A stretch of 22,170 nt of DNA from Candidatus Rifleibacteriota bacterium (GTDB lineage: Bacteria; Muiribacteriota; Ozemobacteria; Ozemobacterales; Ozemobacteraceae). The stretch spans positions 1 through 22,170 of the forward strand of contig JBNJGH010000054.1 in the NCBI GenBank assembly GCA_051747585.1, read 5' to 3'. The notes under the pieces are model-generated. The model was not told the origin of the DNA and ran no database searches. It worked only from the letters and a program-made list of their open reading frames with translations. The translations under genes were made by a program, and so were the position numbers. How positions within the stretch are numbered: the first letter of the stretch is position 1; every line of letters starts with the position of its first letter. Below, piece after piece: positions 1-7,098 of this stretch.

Positions 1-712
1 TCATATAGACGCCAGACCAAAATTTATGTGGTATGAATTTGGTGTGCGCACCAAAGATAACGTCGAACTGATACTTGGAGTAACCTTTTTCTGGCAGATT
101 GAAAATGTTGATAAAATGGTAAGAACTACAGACGACGCCCCCGGCGATATTTGCTCACATGCCCGGAGCATGATTATTCAGTCGGTTTCTAAATCGCCAT
201 TGGAAAAGTTTCTCGATAGCTTTAACGATGTTGTAAGAGCGGCTATCATCAATGAAGATGACCCATTTTATCAGCAACGGGGTGTCAAAATTCACTCAGT
301 GGAAGTTCGTTCGGTGACCTGTAAAGAAGCAAGTACCCAACAGATATTGCAGGAAATAATTCAGGAAACTACCAATCGACTCAATCGTTTGCAAAAACAG
401 CAAAGCGAAAATGAAGTCAGCTTGAATCAGGTCAAAGGAAACATAGATATTGAAAAGCAAAAGGCTGATTTGCTTAAAATAAAAAAAGCAAATGCTTTAA
501 AAGAGGCCGAAAGTGCAGGAGAAGCTGAAGCAGCAAAGGTTGCAACATTTTTCGAAAAACTGGGCGGCTCAGTAAAAGAGAAAGAAAAGTTAACCATCTT
601 TAACACCCTTAAAAAGGTTGAGTACATCGACAAGCTTGGCAACAGCAAAGCCAGCATGTTTTTCACACCGCAGGATGTAGACCTCAGAATAGAAGCAAAG
701 CCCGGACAATAA
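1..712 (+). CDS. SPFH/band-7 (stomatin/flotillin-like) domain protein; 5' end truncated by the window edge, since the frame stays open back to nt 2
   Basis: The ORF is open to the left edge. It has a band-7-like core followed by a long Lys/Glu/Ala-rich coiled-coil tail (KQKADLLKIKKANALKEAESAGEAEAAKV), which is typical of SPFH proteins. Stop TAA at 710-712. Confidence 0.55.
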   Translation, partial: HIDARPKFMWYEFGVRTKDNVELILGVTFFWQIENVDKMVRTTDDAPGDICSHARSMIIQSVSKSPLEKFLDSFNDVVRAAIINEDDPFYQQRGVKIHSVEVRSVTCKEASTQQILQEIIQETTNRLNRLQKQQSENEVSLNQVKGNIDIEKQKADLLKIKKANALKEAESAGEAEAAKVATFFEKLGGSVKEKEKLTIFNTLKKVEYIDKLGNSKASMFFTPQDVDLRIEAKPGQ

Positions 713-724
713 AGCCCGGGCTTT
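711..724. terminator. Short GC hairpin (AAAGC-CCGG-GCTTT) overlapping the stop of the SPFH gene, lying between convergent genes; weak, with only a 3-T run
   Basis: Perfect palindrome aaagcccgggcttt at 711-724, sitting between the + gene (ends 712) and the - gene (ends 750). Confidence 0.3.
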
Positions 725-749
725 GTAGCGAACTAATTAAATTATAAAA

Positions 750-2357
750 TTAGAGCTCTTTCATAAGTGATTCGAGAATTTCCCGCTTTTTATCCTCGTC
801 GTCTGTATGACGCATAAAGTCAGCCAGTTTAAGCATGAGTTCGGCATAAAGATTGTGAGAATCTTTTCCGGTGGCTGCTTCTTTTGGAAGCCCTGCTCCG
901 GTAGCTACAGGTTTGATTTCTTTTGGAGCTTCTTTTTTAACAGGTTCAAGCAGGTCAAAGGTTTGCCCTATTTCAGGAATAACAGTATCAAAGCCCTTCT
1001 GTTCTTTAATCAAACGGGCAAACTCTTCTGATGCTTCTTGATCACCATGAACAACAAACACGTTTCCGTTGACTTTTTCGACTTCTTTTATCCAGTTTAA
1101 CAGACCTTTCTGATCTGCATGCCCTGAATAACCATCGATGCGCTCAATTTTGGCTTCAACCGAAACTTCTTCACCATGAATTCGTACGGTTTTATTGCCT
1201 TCGAAAATATAGCGTCCGAGGGTTCCGTGGGCCTGATAGCCAACAAATATTACCGTATTTTCGCTTCCCCAGAGATTATGCTTCAAATGATGCTTGATAC
1301 GCCCTGCAGTACACATGCCTGAAGCAGATAGCAAAACTATGCCTTTCTGACCATTTAGCGCTTTGGATTCTTCAACAGACTCTGTAAATCTAAAGTCAGG
1401 GTGATCGAATAGACCGCCCATACTTTTCATTACATCGCGAGCATCCTGGTCATAGCATTCCTGATGTTTAACAAAAACTTTGGTAATATTGGTGGCAAGT
1501 GGAGAATCGATAACCACTTTAATACCCGGGATTTCTTTACGCTCTTTGAGAATTAAAATGTCATGCAATAAATCTTGAGTTCTTTCAAGGGCAAATGACG
1601 GGATCAAAATATTTCCGCCTCTTTTAATTGCATTCTGAAAAATTTCTGCCAATTTCTGCAAACGCTCTTCTTTTTCTACAATTTCTCTGGATCGATCGCC
1701 ATAGGTAGATTCTACCATCAGATAATCGGTTTCTTTAAATGAGTCAGGATCTTCAACAATTGGATGGTCATCTTCACCAAGATCACCTGAGAAGACGAGT
1801 TTGCGTTCTTCGCCATTCTCTTTTACAAAAATTTCGATAAATGAAGACCCAAGAACATGACCGGCATTATGAAATTTAACTTTGCATCCTTCTGCAGGTT
1901 CAAAAAATTCATAGCGCTTAACCGGGCTCATAAGAGAAACCGCTTTGTCTGCATCTTCAAAATCATAAATGGGGGCAACCTGCGGCAGTCCCTTTCTTTC
2001 GTTACGGCGATTCTTGTGCATAACATCCATTTCCTGAATATGCGCCGAATCAGGAAGCATGTATTGCAATAAATCTATTGTCGGCTCAGTGGTATAAATT
2101 TTGCCGTTAAAGCCGTGCTTAACCAGCTTGGGCAAAAGTCCCGAATGATCGATATGCGCATGAGTGACAAGAACAAAATCAATACTGGCAGGATCGTAGG
2201 CAAAATCTTTATAGTTATTTTCTCTTAAAGTTTTGTTGCCCTGAAACATACCACAATCAACTAGAAATTTAGTTTTATCAGTTTCAATTAAATAATTCGA
2301 ACCGGTCACACAGCCGGCAGCACCGTGAAATGTAATTTGCATAGCTTTCCTTTCCAA
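750..2357 (-). CDS. MBL-fold metallo-hydrolase of the beta-CASP RNA-metabolising family (RNase J/CPSF-like), with a Lys/Pro-rich C-terminal extension
   Basis: HxHxDH motif (VTHAHIDHSG), then Asp/His beta-CASP motifs (GDLGEDDHP ... HGDQ) and the GYSGHAD motif. 535 aa. The start is 4 nt downstream of the preceding 143-aa ORF's stop, so the two are probably translationally coupled. Confidence 0.8.
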   Translation of the reverse strand: MERKAMQITFHGAAGCVTGSNYLIETDKTKFLVDCGMFQGNKTLRENNYKDFAYDPASIDFVLVTHAHIDHSGLLPKLVKHGFNGKIYTTEPTIDLLQYMLPDSAHIQEMDVMHKNRRNERKGLPQVAPIYDFEDADKAVSLMSPVKRYEFFEPAEGCKVKFHNAGHVLGSSFIEIFVKENGEERKLVFSGDLGEDDHPIVEDPDSFKETDYLMVESTYGDRSREIVEKEERLQKLAEIFQNAIKRGGNILIPSFALERTQDLLHDILILKERKEIPGIKVVIDSPLATNITKVFVKHQECYDQDARDVMKSMGGLFDHPDFRFTESVEESKALNGQKGIVLLSASGMCTAGRIKHHLKHNLWGSENTVIFVGYQAHGTLGRYIFEGNKTVRIHGEEVSVEAKIERIDGYSGHADQKGLLNWIKEVEKVNGNVFVVHGDQEASEEFARLIKEQKGFDTVIPEIGQTFDLLEPVKKEAPKEIKPVATGAGLPKEAATGKDSHNLYAELMLKLADFMRHTDDEDKKREILESLMKEL

Positions 2358-2361
2358 TTAT

Positions 2362-2793
2362 TCAGGAAGATATTTTAACTGAATTGGTTATCGGCAGTTT
2401 TTTTCTTTTAGCATAGGCAAGCAATTTATCTCTTCTAATGCTGTGCTCAGTCTCAAATTCGCCGCCTCGATCAGTTTTATAAGCTACACGAACCATTTTA
2501 CCCCAAGCGTTATGAGTGGTAGTTACCTCTGTGGGTTTACCTTTATCAGGGGCTTCAAAGGTTCTTGGCAAAAAACAAATAAGACCATATTGGCCTGGTC
2601 CGATTAGATAAACATGTGCCTGAAGATTCGGCGGCAATTTCTTATATTCATCGGGAAAAAGTGGAATATAAGTTGCTACCGAACCAAAGTCTCCCTGATC
2701 GATAAGTGCGGCGTAGGGTCGCGAAAATCTTTTAAGACCAAGGGTTTCGAGTATTTTTTCTATAATTTCCGGGGATACTGTTTTTACTGCCAT
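2362..2793 (-). CDS. Hypothetical 143-aa protein with no family recognised by eye
   Basis: Clean ORF with an ATG start. It is tightly coupled to the downstream MBL hydrolase gene (4-nt gap) and lies 70 nt downstream of alr on the same strand. Confidence 0.5.
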   Translation of the reverse strand: MAVKTVSPEIIEKILETLGLKRFSRPYAALIDQGDFGSVATYIPLFPDEYKKLPPNLQAHVYLIGPGQYGLICFLPRTFEAPDKGKPTEVTTTHNAWGKMVRVAYKTDRGGEFETEHSIRRDKLLAYAKRKKLPITNSVKISS

Positions 2794-2863
2794 TGCGCGC
2801 CATTCTATTAGTTAATTAATTGTGATTCAAGATATTTTTTTTATGTTTTGAATTTATACTGCT

Positions 2864-3988
2864 TTAAAAAGGGTCAAAATAACGCTTAACCCTGCTGTTA
2901 ATCTGACAGGTAACTTCATAGGTAATAGTATTTAATTTTTCGGCCCATTCATAAGCGCTTATCTCTTCTTCTTTATCATTTCCAATTAAGGTAACCGTAT
3001 CACCAACCTTGACTTCTGTTTCTTTGCCAAGATTACACATGCTCTGATCCATGCATACCCTGCCAACCACAGGATAAGACTTACCATTAATCAAAACTCT
3101 GCCTGAATTGGAAAAAAGTCGATTGAACCCGTCGGCATAACCAGCCGGAAAAGTTGCTACCCAGGTTTCTTCAGGAGCAATCCAGGTTCTGCCATAGCCA
3201 ATAGATGTACCCTTTTCCACCTTCTTAATAAAAGAAACCCTGGTCTTGAAACTCAAACCTGGCTTCAGATCTATGGTCTGGGGGGTCTCATTGGAAGGGT
3301 AAAACCCGTAAATCATAATTCCGGGGCGCACCATATCAAGCCAACCATCAGAGTGGGCCAGAACTGCTCCGGAATTGGCACAATGAACAAGATCAAATTT
3401 AAAATCGAGCTCTTGTTCTATGCCTTTGACAATTTTTTTAAATCTGGAAATCTGGCGGTCGGTAAATGAAGTATTGGCTTCATCACTTACGGGCAAATGA
3501 GTCATTGCAGCGGTCAATTTTAAATGCGGGCAATTTTTTATTATTTCTCTGGTAAGTTCGGTTGCATTTTCAGGCGCTACTCCGATTCGGCCCATACCGG
3601 TTTCAATTTTTATATGAACATCGACTGTTTTTCCCAGTTCTGCTGCTGTTTTCTCGAGAGTTCTTACATTTTCAAGATCTATAACAGTCAATGTAAGTTC
3701 AGAATTAACCGCTTCTGCCATTTCTTCAGGAAAAACAGGGCTGAACTTAAGAACAGGAAGTTTGATGCCGGCCTGACGCAATTGAATGCCTTCCGGGACT
3801 GTTGCTACTCCAAGCCAGTCGATTCCGATTTTTTCTGCCATTTTGGAAACTTCTACAGCGCCATGCCCATAAGCATTAGCTTTTACCGCAATTAAAATTT
3901 TTCTTTCAGAACCAACAGCTTTTCTTATGTTTTCCAGATTATATCTAATGTTATTAAGATGAACCTGTACATGAGTCTGATAAAGCAT
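2864..3988 (-). CDS. alr: Alanine racemase (PLP-dependent). Start placed at the ATG at 3988 rather than the TTG at 4003.
   Basis: PLP-lysine motif AVKANAYGHG, plus GMGRIG, HCANSGA and RVCMDQ signatures. A strong SD (GAAGGTGAG) lies 6 nt upstream of the ATG at 3986-3988. The orr stop lies immediately upstream (gap 1 nt), so the genes are translationally coupled. Confidence 0.8.
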   Translation of the reverse strand: MLYQTHVQVHLNNIRYNLENIRKAVGSERKILIAVKANAYGHGAVEVSKMAEKIGIDWLGVATVPEGIQLRQAGIKLPVLKFSPVFPEEMAEAVNSELTLTVIDLENVRTLEKTAAELGKTVDVHIKIETGMGRIGVAPENATELTREIIKNCPHLKLTAAMTHLPVSDEANTSFTDRQISRFKKIVKGIEQELDFKFDLVHCANSGAVLAHSDGWLDMVRPGIMIYGFYPSNETPQTIDLKPGLSFKTRVSFIKKVEKGTSIGYGRTWIAPEETWVATFPAGYADGFNRLFSNSGRVLINGKSYPVVGRVCMDQSMCNLGKETEVKVGDTVTLIGNDKEEEISAYEWAEKLNTITYEVTCQINSRVKRYFDPF

Positions 3989-3989
3989 A

Positions 3990-5081
3990 TTACTCACCTT
4001 CAATTACAACTTTATGCACATATTCTGAAGTAGAAAGAGCCAGTAAAGCACCATAATCGGGATAAAAGCCAATTTCATCGCCAACCTGATATTCACACCG
4101 GCTGTCATGCACATCCAGTATCAGATGGTCACTCGAACCACCCAGAACAATAATTCCCTCATCGATTGGGGTTATGCCGTCAACTAATACATCCTGACGG
4201 CCTAAATTGCAAATAACTCTTTTTCTGTTTCCGCGGTCGACAAATTCCTGAGTCTCGCCAAAAGCGTCCTGACCTCGATCTCCGATTGGTAACGAAGGTT
4301 TCATTTCTGCCTCTATTACTTCGCCCACAGTAACAAAGGTATCCTGCCTGGTTTCTGGCCAGGGCGAACGATCTGTAACATTACGACCAAGAATTATAGA
4401 TTCTCCGATTCGATATAAATTAATTTCTTCGGGTAATTTGCCCTCACGCATAATTGGCAAACCGGAACTGTTGCCACCGCAAATTACCGGCAGCTCCAGG
4501 CCGCTATACTCTCTGCACTTTTCGACTGTATCTATAAGCAACTTCATGTTTTCAGCCGAAGGTTTAACACCTCCATAACAGGCAAGATTACAGCCAAGTC
4601 CAACAGCTTCCAGACCTTTGAGCTCACCGGCTTTTTTTACCAGCTCAGGAGCTTTGGCTGGCCAGGTACCCTCTCGCAGATCGCCGACATCAATCATTAT
4701 AATTACTCGGTGGAGCAAATTTTTCTGGCAAGCTGCTTCAGATAAGGCTTCTAAAGTTTTAAAGCTGGAATTCAAACTATAATCTGCAAGTTCGACAACC
4801 TCATGAGCCTTTGAAATCGAGGGTAAGCGCAATAAGAGAAACGGCCCTTTAAACCCGGCCTTTCTAAGTTTTTCGATATTTTCAAGCCTGGAATCTGCCA
4901 GCATATCGGCACCGGCTTCTTCAAGAGCTCGGGCAACCCGGGGGTGAGCAGAGACTACTTTTGTAACGCAGGCAACTTTGATTTTATTTTGATGGCATTG
5001 TTTTATTACAGCTTTTGCGTTTTGTTTGATACGCTCGGGATAAATTTCGAGTCTGGGAGTTTTAAACCTTCTGGTTTGCAT
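3990..5081 (-). CDS. orr: Ornithine racemase-like PLP enzyme (alanine-racemase-fold, YhfX/Orr family). Start is uncertain: ATG at 5081 (preferred, 4 nt after the MutL-like stop), or the alternatives at 5099 or the TTG at 5120.
   Basis: VTKVVSAHPRVARALEEAGADMLADSRLENI, LLLRLP, MIDVGDLREGTWP, GLGCNLACYGG and GGNSSGLP match what I recall of Clostridium sticklandii ornithine racemase. Its position downstream of oraSE and the mutL-like gene mirrors the known ornithine-fermentation cluster. Confidence 0.65.
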   Translation of the reverse strand: MQTRRFKTPRLEIYPERIKQNAKAVIKQCHQNKIKVACVTKVVSAHPRVARALEEAGADMLADSRLENIEKLRKAGFKGPFLLLRLPSISKAHEVVELADYSLNSSFKTLEALSEAACQKNLLHRVIIMIDVGDLREGTWPAKAPELVKKAGELKGLEAVGLGCNLACYGGVKPSAENMKLLIDTVEKCREYSGLELPVICGGNSSGLPIMREGKLPEEINLYRIGESIILGRNVTDRSPWPETRQDTFVTVGEVIEAEMKPSLPIGDRGQDAFGETQEFVDRGNRKRVICNLGRQDVLVDGITPIDEGIIVLGGSSDHLILDVHDSRCEYQVGDEIGFYPDYGALLALSTSEYVHKVVIEGE

Positions 5082-5085
5082 ATCT

Positions 5086-6429
5086 TTAAAGCTGTTCATA
5101 TTGCTTAATCCAATCTTCAAAAGTATTTTTTATGAGTTCAGGGTATTCAATGGCTATAGTTCCCAGGGCGGAAAAAAGGTAATCTCGGTCAAGGAATATT
5201 TGAGCATCGGGTTTAGGCAAAAGAGATCTGGCCGGACCGGTGCAAACCGATTCAAGTATTTTTTCGCCTCCATCTACTCTGGTAAGAGCCCCACCTGTTC
5301 CGATAACCCATTTTACTGCGGATAAATCTTTTCCTCTAATAATTTGTTTTTTACCCGAGGGAGTAAAAAGGTCGCCAATTACTCCGGCATGTCTTTTAAC
5401 GCCGGCTTCAACTGCCTTTTTACATAACCACCTGGTAATTTCTTTTTCCTGTTCGGTTGCAGGCATTGCTTTAATGTCATCTACTCTCTGCATCCAGATT
5501 TCGTCATCTGCCAATTCAAGAACATTACGGGCATTGACAAAAACACCGAGATCACCCTCGACGGTACGTTTACATCTTGGTTCAGGATCTATGAGTTTGT
5601 CGGCAAATTCTGTACTGCCTTCGGTTACAGAATGCACATCAGTAGTAGCACCACCCACATCAACTATCAGGCAATCACCGGCTACCTCGGCAAACAATTC
5701 TGCCCCCTTTAGAACAGCTCCTGGCGTCGGAATAATCTGGCGCTCAGTAAGACTTTCGAGTCTGTGCATACCCGGAGCATGAATAATGTTTTTTGAAAAA
5801 AGTTGCTGCATTTTCTTTCGCAGCGGTTCAACTTCAAGCACGTCGACATCAGGAAAAACATTGGGTGTAATTAAAAGCTCTACACCTGTTTTTTTGAAGA
5901 TATTGGCAACCGCTCGCTTCAAAGCGCTATTACCGGCATAAACAACCGGAACATGCAGGTCAAGCGAAGCAATTTTTATGGCATTCTGTAAAACAACTTC
6001 TTTTGCTCCAAAATCAACTCCACCAGCCAGAACGATCATATTAGGCTGAATTTCTTCTATTTCTTCAAGATCAAATTCGCTTAAATCACCGGCAGTAACC
6101 ATTTTTATTATTGCTCCGGCACCGAGACTGGCCTCTCGTGCCGCTCTGGCAGTCATATTATAAGTTAAACCATGAACCGTAACCCTTAGACCGCCGGCAG
6201 CAGAACTATTTGCAAAAATTTCGGCATTATCGCTGTCAGCACCAGACTTTTGTTCAAGGTCATCAATAGCACTTTTGAGTCCAATTCCAACATTGCCCTG
6301 CTCGACAGTTGTCGAAGCAAACCCCTGAGCTACATGCTTCAGAGAGTTGTGATCTGTTTTAACAAAACCATTTGCTTTTGTAATGGTACTGCCGACTTCA
6401 AGCGTTAAAATTTCTATTTTCATGCTCAT
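5086..6429 (-). CDS. MutL/GlmL-like protein (glutamate mutase component L family; ASKHA-type putative reactivating chaperone for B12-dependent mutases). Start placed at the internal ATG (MSMKIEI...).
   Basis: N-terminal LEVGSTITKA, SSAAGGL, GAGA and VDVGGATTDVHSV motifs are typical of MutL/GlmL. The SD GAAGG lies 8 nt upstream of the ATG at 6429. The longer ORF reaching 6492 has no RBS and overlaps a predicted promoter. Confidence 0.7.
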   Translation of the reverse strand: MSMKIEILTLEVGSTITKANGFVKTDHNSLKHVAQGFASTTVEQGNVGIGLKSAIDDLEQKSGADSDNAEIFANSSAAGGLRVTVHGLTYNMTARAAREASLGAGAIIKMVTAGDLSEFDLEEIEEIQPNMIVLAGGVDFGAKEVVLQNAIKIASLDLHVPVVYAGNSALKRAVANIFKKTGVELLITPNVFPDVDVLEVEPLRKKMQQLFSKNIIHAPGMHRLESLTERQIIPTPGAVLKGAELFAEVAGDCLIVDVGGATTDVHSVTEGSTEFADKLIDPEPRCKRTVEGDLGVFVNARNVLELADDEIWMQRVDDIKAMPATEQEKEITRWLCKKAVEAGVKRHAGVIGDLFTPSGKKQIIRGKDLSAVKWVIGTGGALTRVDGGEKILESVCTGPARSLLPKPDAQIFLDRDYLFSALGTIAIEYPELIKNTFEDWIKQYEQL

Positions 6430-6463
6430 TAATTTACCTTCTGCATAAAAAAATTGGAAAACA

Positions 6464-6492
6464 ATACTACCACAGGCCAACTGCTGCCTCAA
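6464..6492 (-). promoter_or_regulatory. Candidate sigma70 promoter for the mutL-like/orr/alr operon: TTGAGG, 17 nt spacer, TAGTAT (read on the minus strand)
   Basis: The -35 and -10 hexamers were seen directly in the sequence at the correct spacing, ~30 nt upstream of the SD/ATG at 6429. Confidence 0.3.
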
Positions 6493-6507
6493 CTATCTCT
6501 CTGAATA

Positions 6508-6521
6508 GTCAGGGCAATTGC
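6508..6521 (-). promoter_or_regulatory. Copy B of the repeated motif GTCAGGGCAATTGC (core CAGGGCAAT), centred ~85 nt upstream of the mutL-like start codon
   Basis: The same 9-11-mer occurs at 9760-9770 (same orientation, ~94 nt upstream of oraS) and inverted at 7026-7040 (just downstream of the oraE terminator). Confidence 0.35.
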
Positions 6522-6709
6522 ATTAAAATCCTGAACCCCACATTAACTCTTGGCAGACAGTTTCATCTAAATAATCAGCAATTTTCAGTGAACCGTTATA
6601 AGCTGGTTTTCAAAAGTTTTGCTTTTATTTCTTTCTGTCAAATATAGAATTTTCACCACCGAGATCACAGAGTGCACCGAGACAATTTTTTAATCTTTTT
6701 CAGCCTATG

Positions 6710-6775
6710 TTCACAATATTACTCAGCATTCAGAAAAGCATTAATGTTTTTCTGAATGCTGAGTAATATTGTGAA
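6710..6775. repeat. 66-bp near-perfect palindrome: 28-nt arms ttcacaatattactcagcattcagaaaa / ttttctgaatgctgagtaatattgtgaa around a 10-nt spacer gcattaatgt that is itself one mismatch from palindromic
   Basis: Verified base by base. The right arm (6748-6775) is the exact reverse complement of the left arm (6710-6737). Confidence 0.9.
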
Positions 6776-6776
6776 A

Positions 6777-6818
6777 GCCGGACGGTGAAACCGCCGGCTG
6801 ATTGTCCAAAGGACAATC
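6777..6818. other. Two further tandem stem-loops immediately after the palindrome. The first is a GC-rich hairpin GCCGG(a)CGG-tgaaa-CCGCCGGC (6777-6798). The second is GATTGTCC-aaa-GGACAATC (6800-6818).
   Basis: Both stems were checked by direct complementarity. On the minus strand the GC hairpin is followed by TTTCAC. Confidence 0.6.
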
Positions 6819-7025
6819 CACGGCTGAAAAAGATTCTCTGTGATTCTCTGAGGGCTCTGTGGTTATTTTCTTTGTGGCTTTGAGGCTTGGTGTGAGGCAA
6901 ATTCTTTTCTGAAATGATTTGATAGTCGCTGACCAAGAATTGCTATACGCAAGCGTTGTTTTTGCTAACAAAAGCGAGCAAACGTAGATTTATGAAAATG
7001 AAATGTCTGCCCGATTTTTTTTGTG

Positions 7026-7040
7026 CGATTGCCCTGTCAG
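7026..7040 (+). promoter_or_regulatory. Copy A (inverted) of the CAGGGCAAT motif: cgattgccctgtcag on the + strand, which reads CTGACAGGGCAATCG on the minus strand
   Basis: Forms a long-range inverted pair with copy B (6508-6521), flanking ~520 bp of structured non-coding DNA. Confidence 0.3.
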
Positions 7041-7085
7041 AATAAGAAAAAGCTCCGGTGCGTCGCCATCAGCAAGCACCGGAGC
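7041..7085 (-). terminator. Rho-independent terminator of the oraS-oraE transcript: stem GCTCCGGTGC / GCACCGGAGC with a 14-nt loop, followed on the minus strand by TTTTTCTTATT
   Basis: 10-bp perfect GC-rich stem at 7052-7061 / 7076-7085. On the minus strand the U-run follows immediately, 14 nt after the oraE stop (7099-7101). Confidence 0.7.
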
Positions 7086-7098
7086 CCTGTTTGTCAGT

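Noticed and set aside
427-1031. Short ORFs 427-666 (-) and 807-1031 (+), plus 1857-2072 (+) and 2614-2811 (+)
   Set aside because: They lie inside or antisense to the SPFH, MBL-hydrolase and 143-aa genes and have no independent signals.
4003-4003. TTG start for alr at 4003 and TTG start for orr at 5120 (the longest ORFs in the track)
   Set aside because: In-frame ATGs at 3988 and at 5081/5099 have better SD sequences and homology-consistent N-termini. The TTG extensions would create long gene overlaps without an RBS.
5240-5782. 180-aa + strand ORF (and similar ORFs at 5101-5325, 7147-7464, 7876-8343, 8006-8281, 16797-17135, 17949-18269, 18331-18639, 18417-18758)
   Set aside because: All are antisense shadows inside well-supported minus-strand genes (mutL-like, oraE, DUF2339). 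Their translations are low-complexity and none has an RBS.
6500-6530. Sigma-54 (-24 GG / -12 TTGC) promoter overlapping the CAGGGCAATTGC motif
   Set aside because: TTGC is present, but no GG lies at the required 10-11 nt spacing upstream in either copy B or copy C.
6730-6971. Two minus-strand ORFs (68 and 76 aa) lying across the 66-bp palindrome region
   Set aside because: They have no RBS, they overlap each other in different frames, and their sequence is dictated by the palindrome and repeats. I regard them as non-coding.
6493-7047. Cobalamin, lysine, glycine or T-box riboswitch in the structured spacer
   Set aside because: I looked by eye for the B12-box, GGAGAG/CACCG, L-box and T-box (GGGTGG.ACCGCG) cores on both strands and found none. 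A novel RNA element is still possible; see findings.
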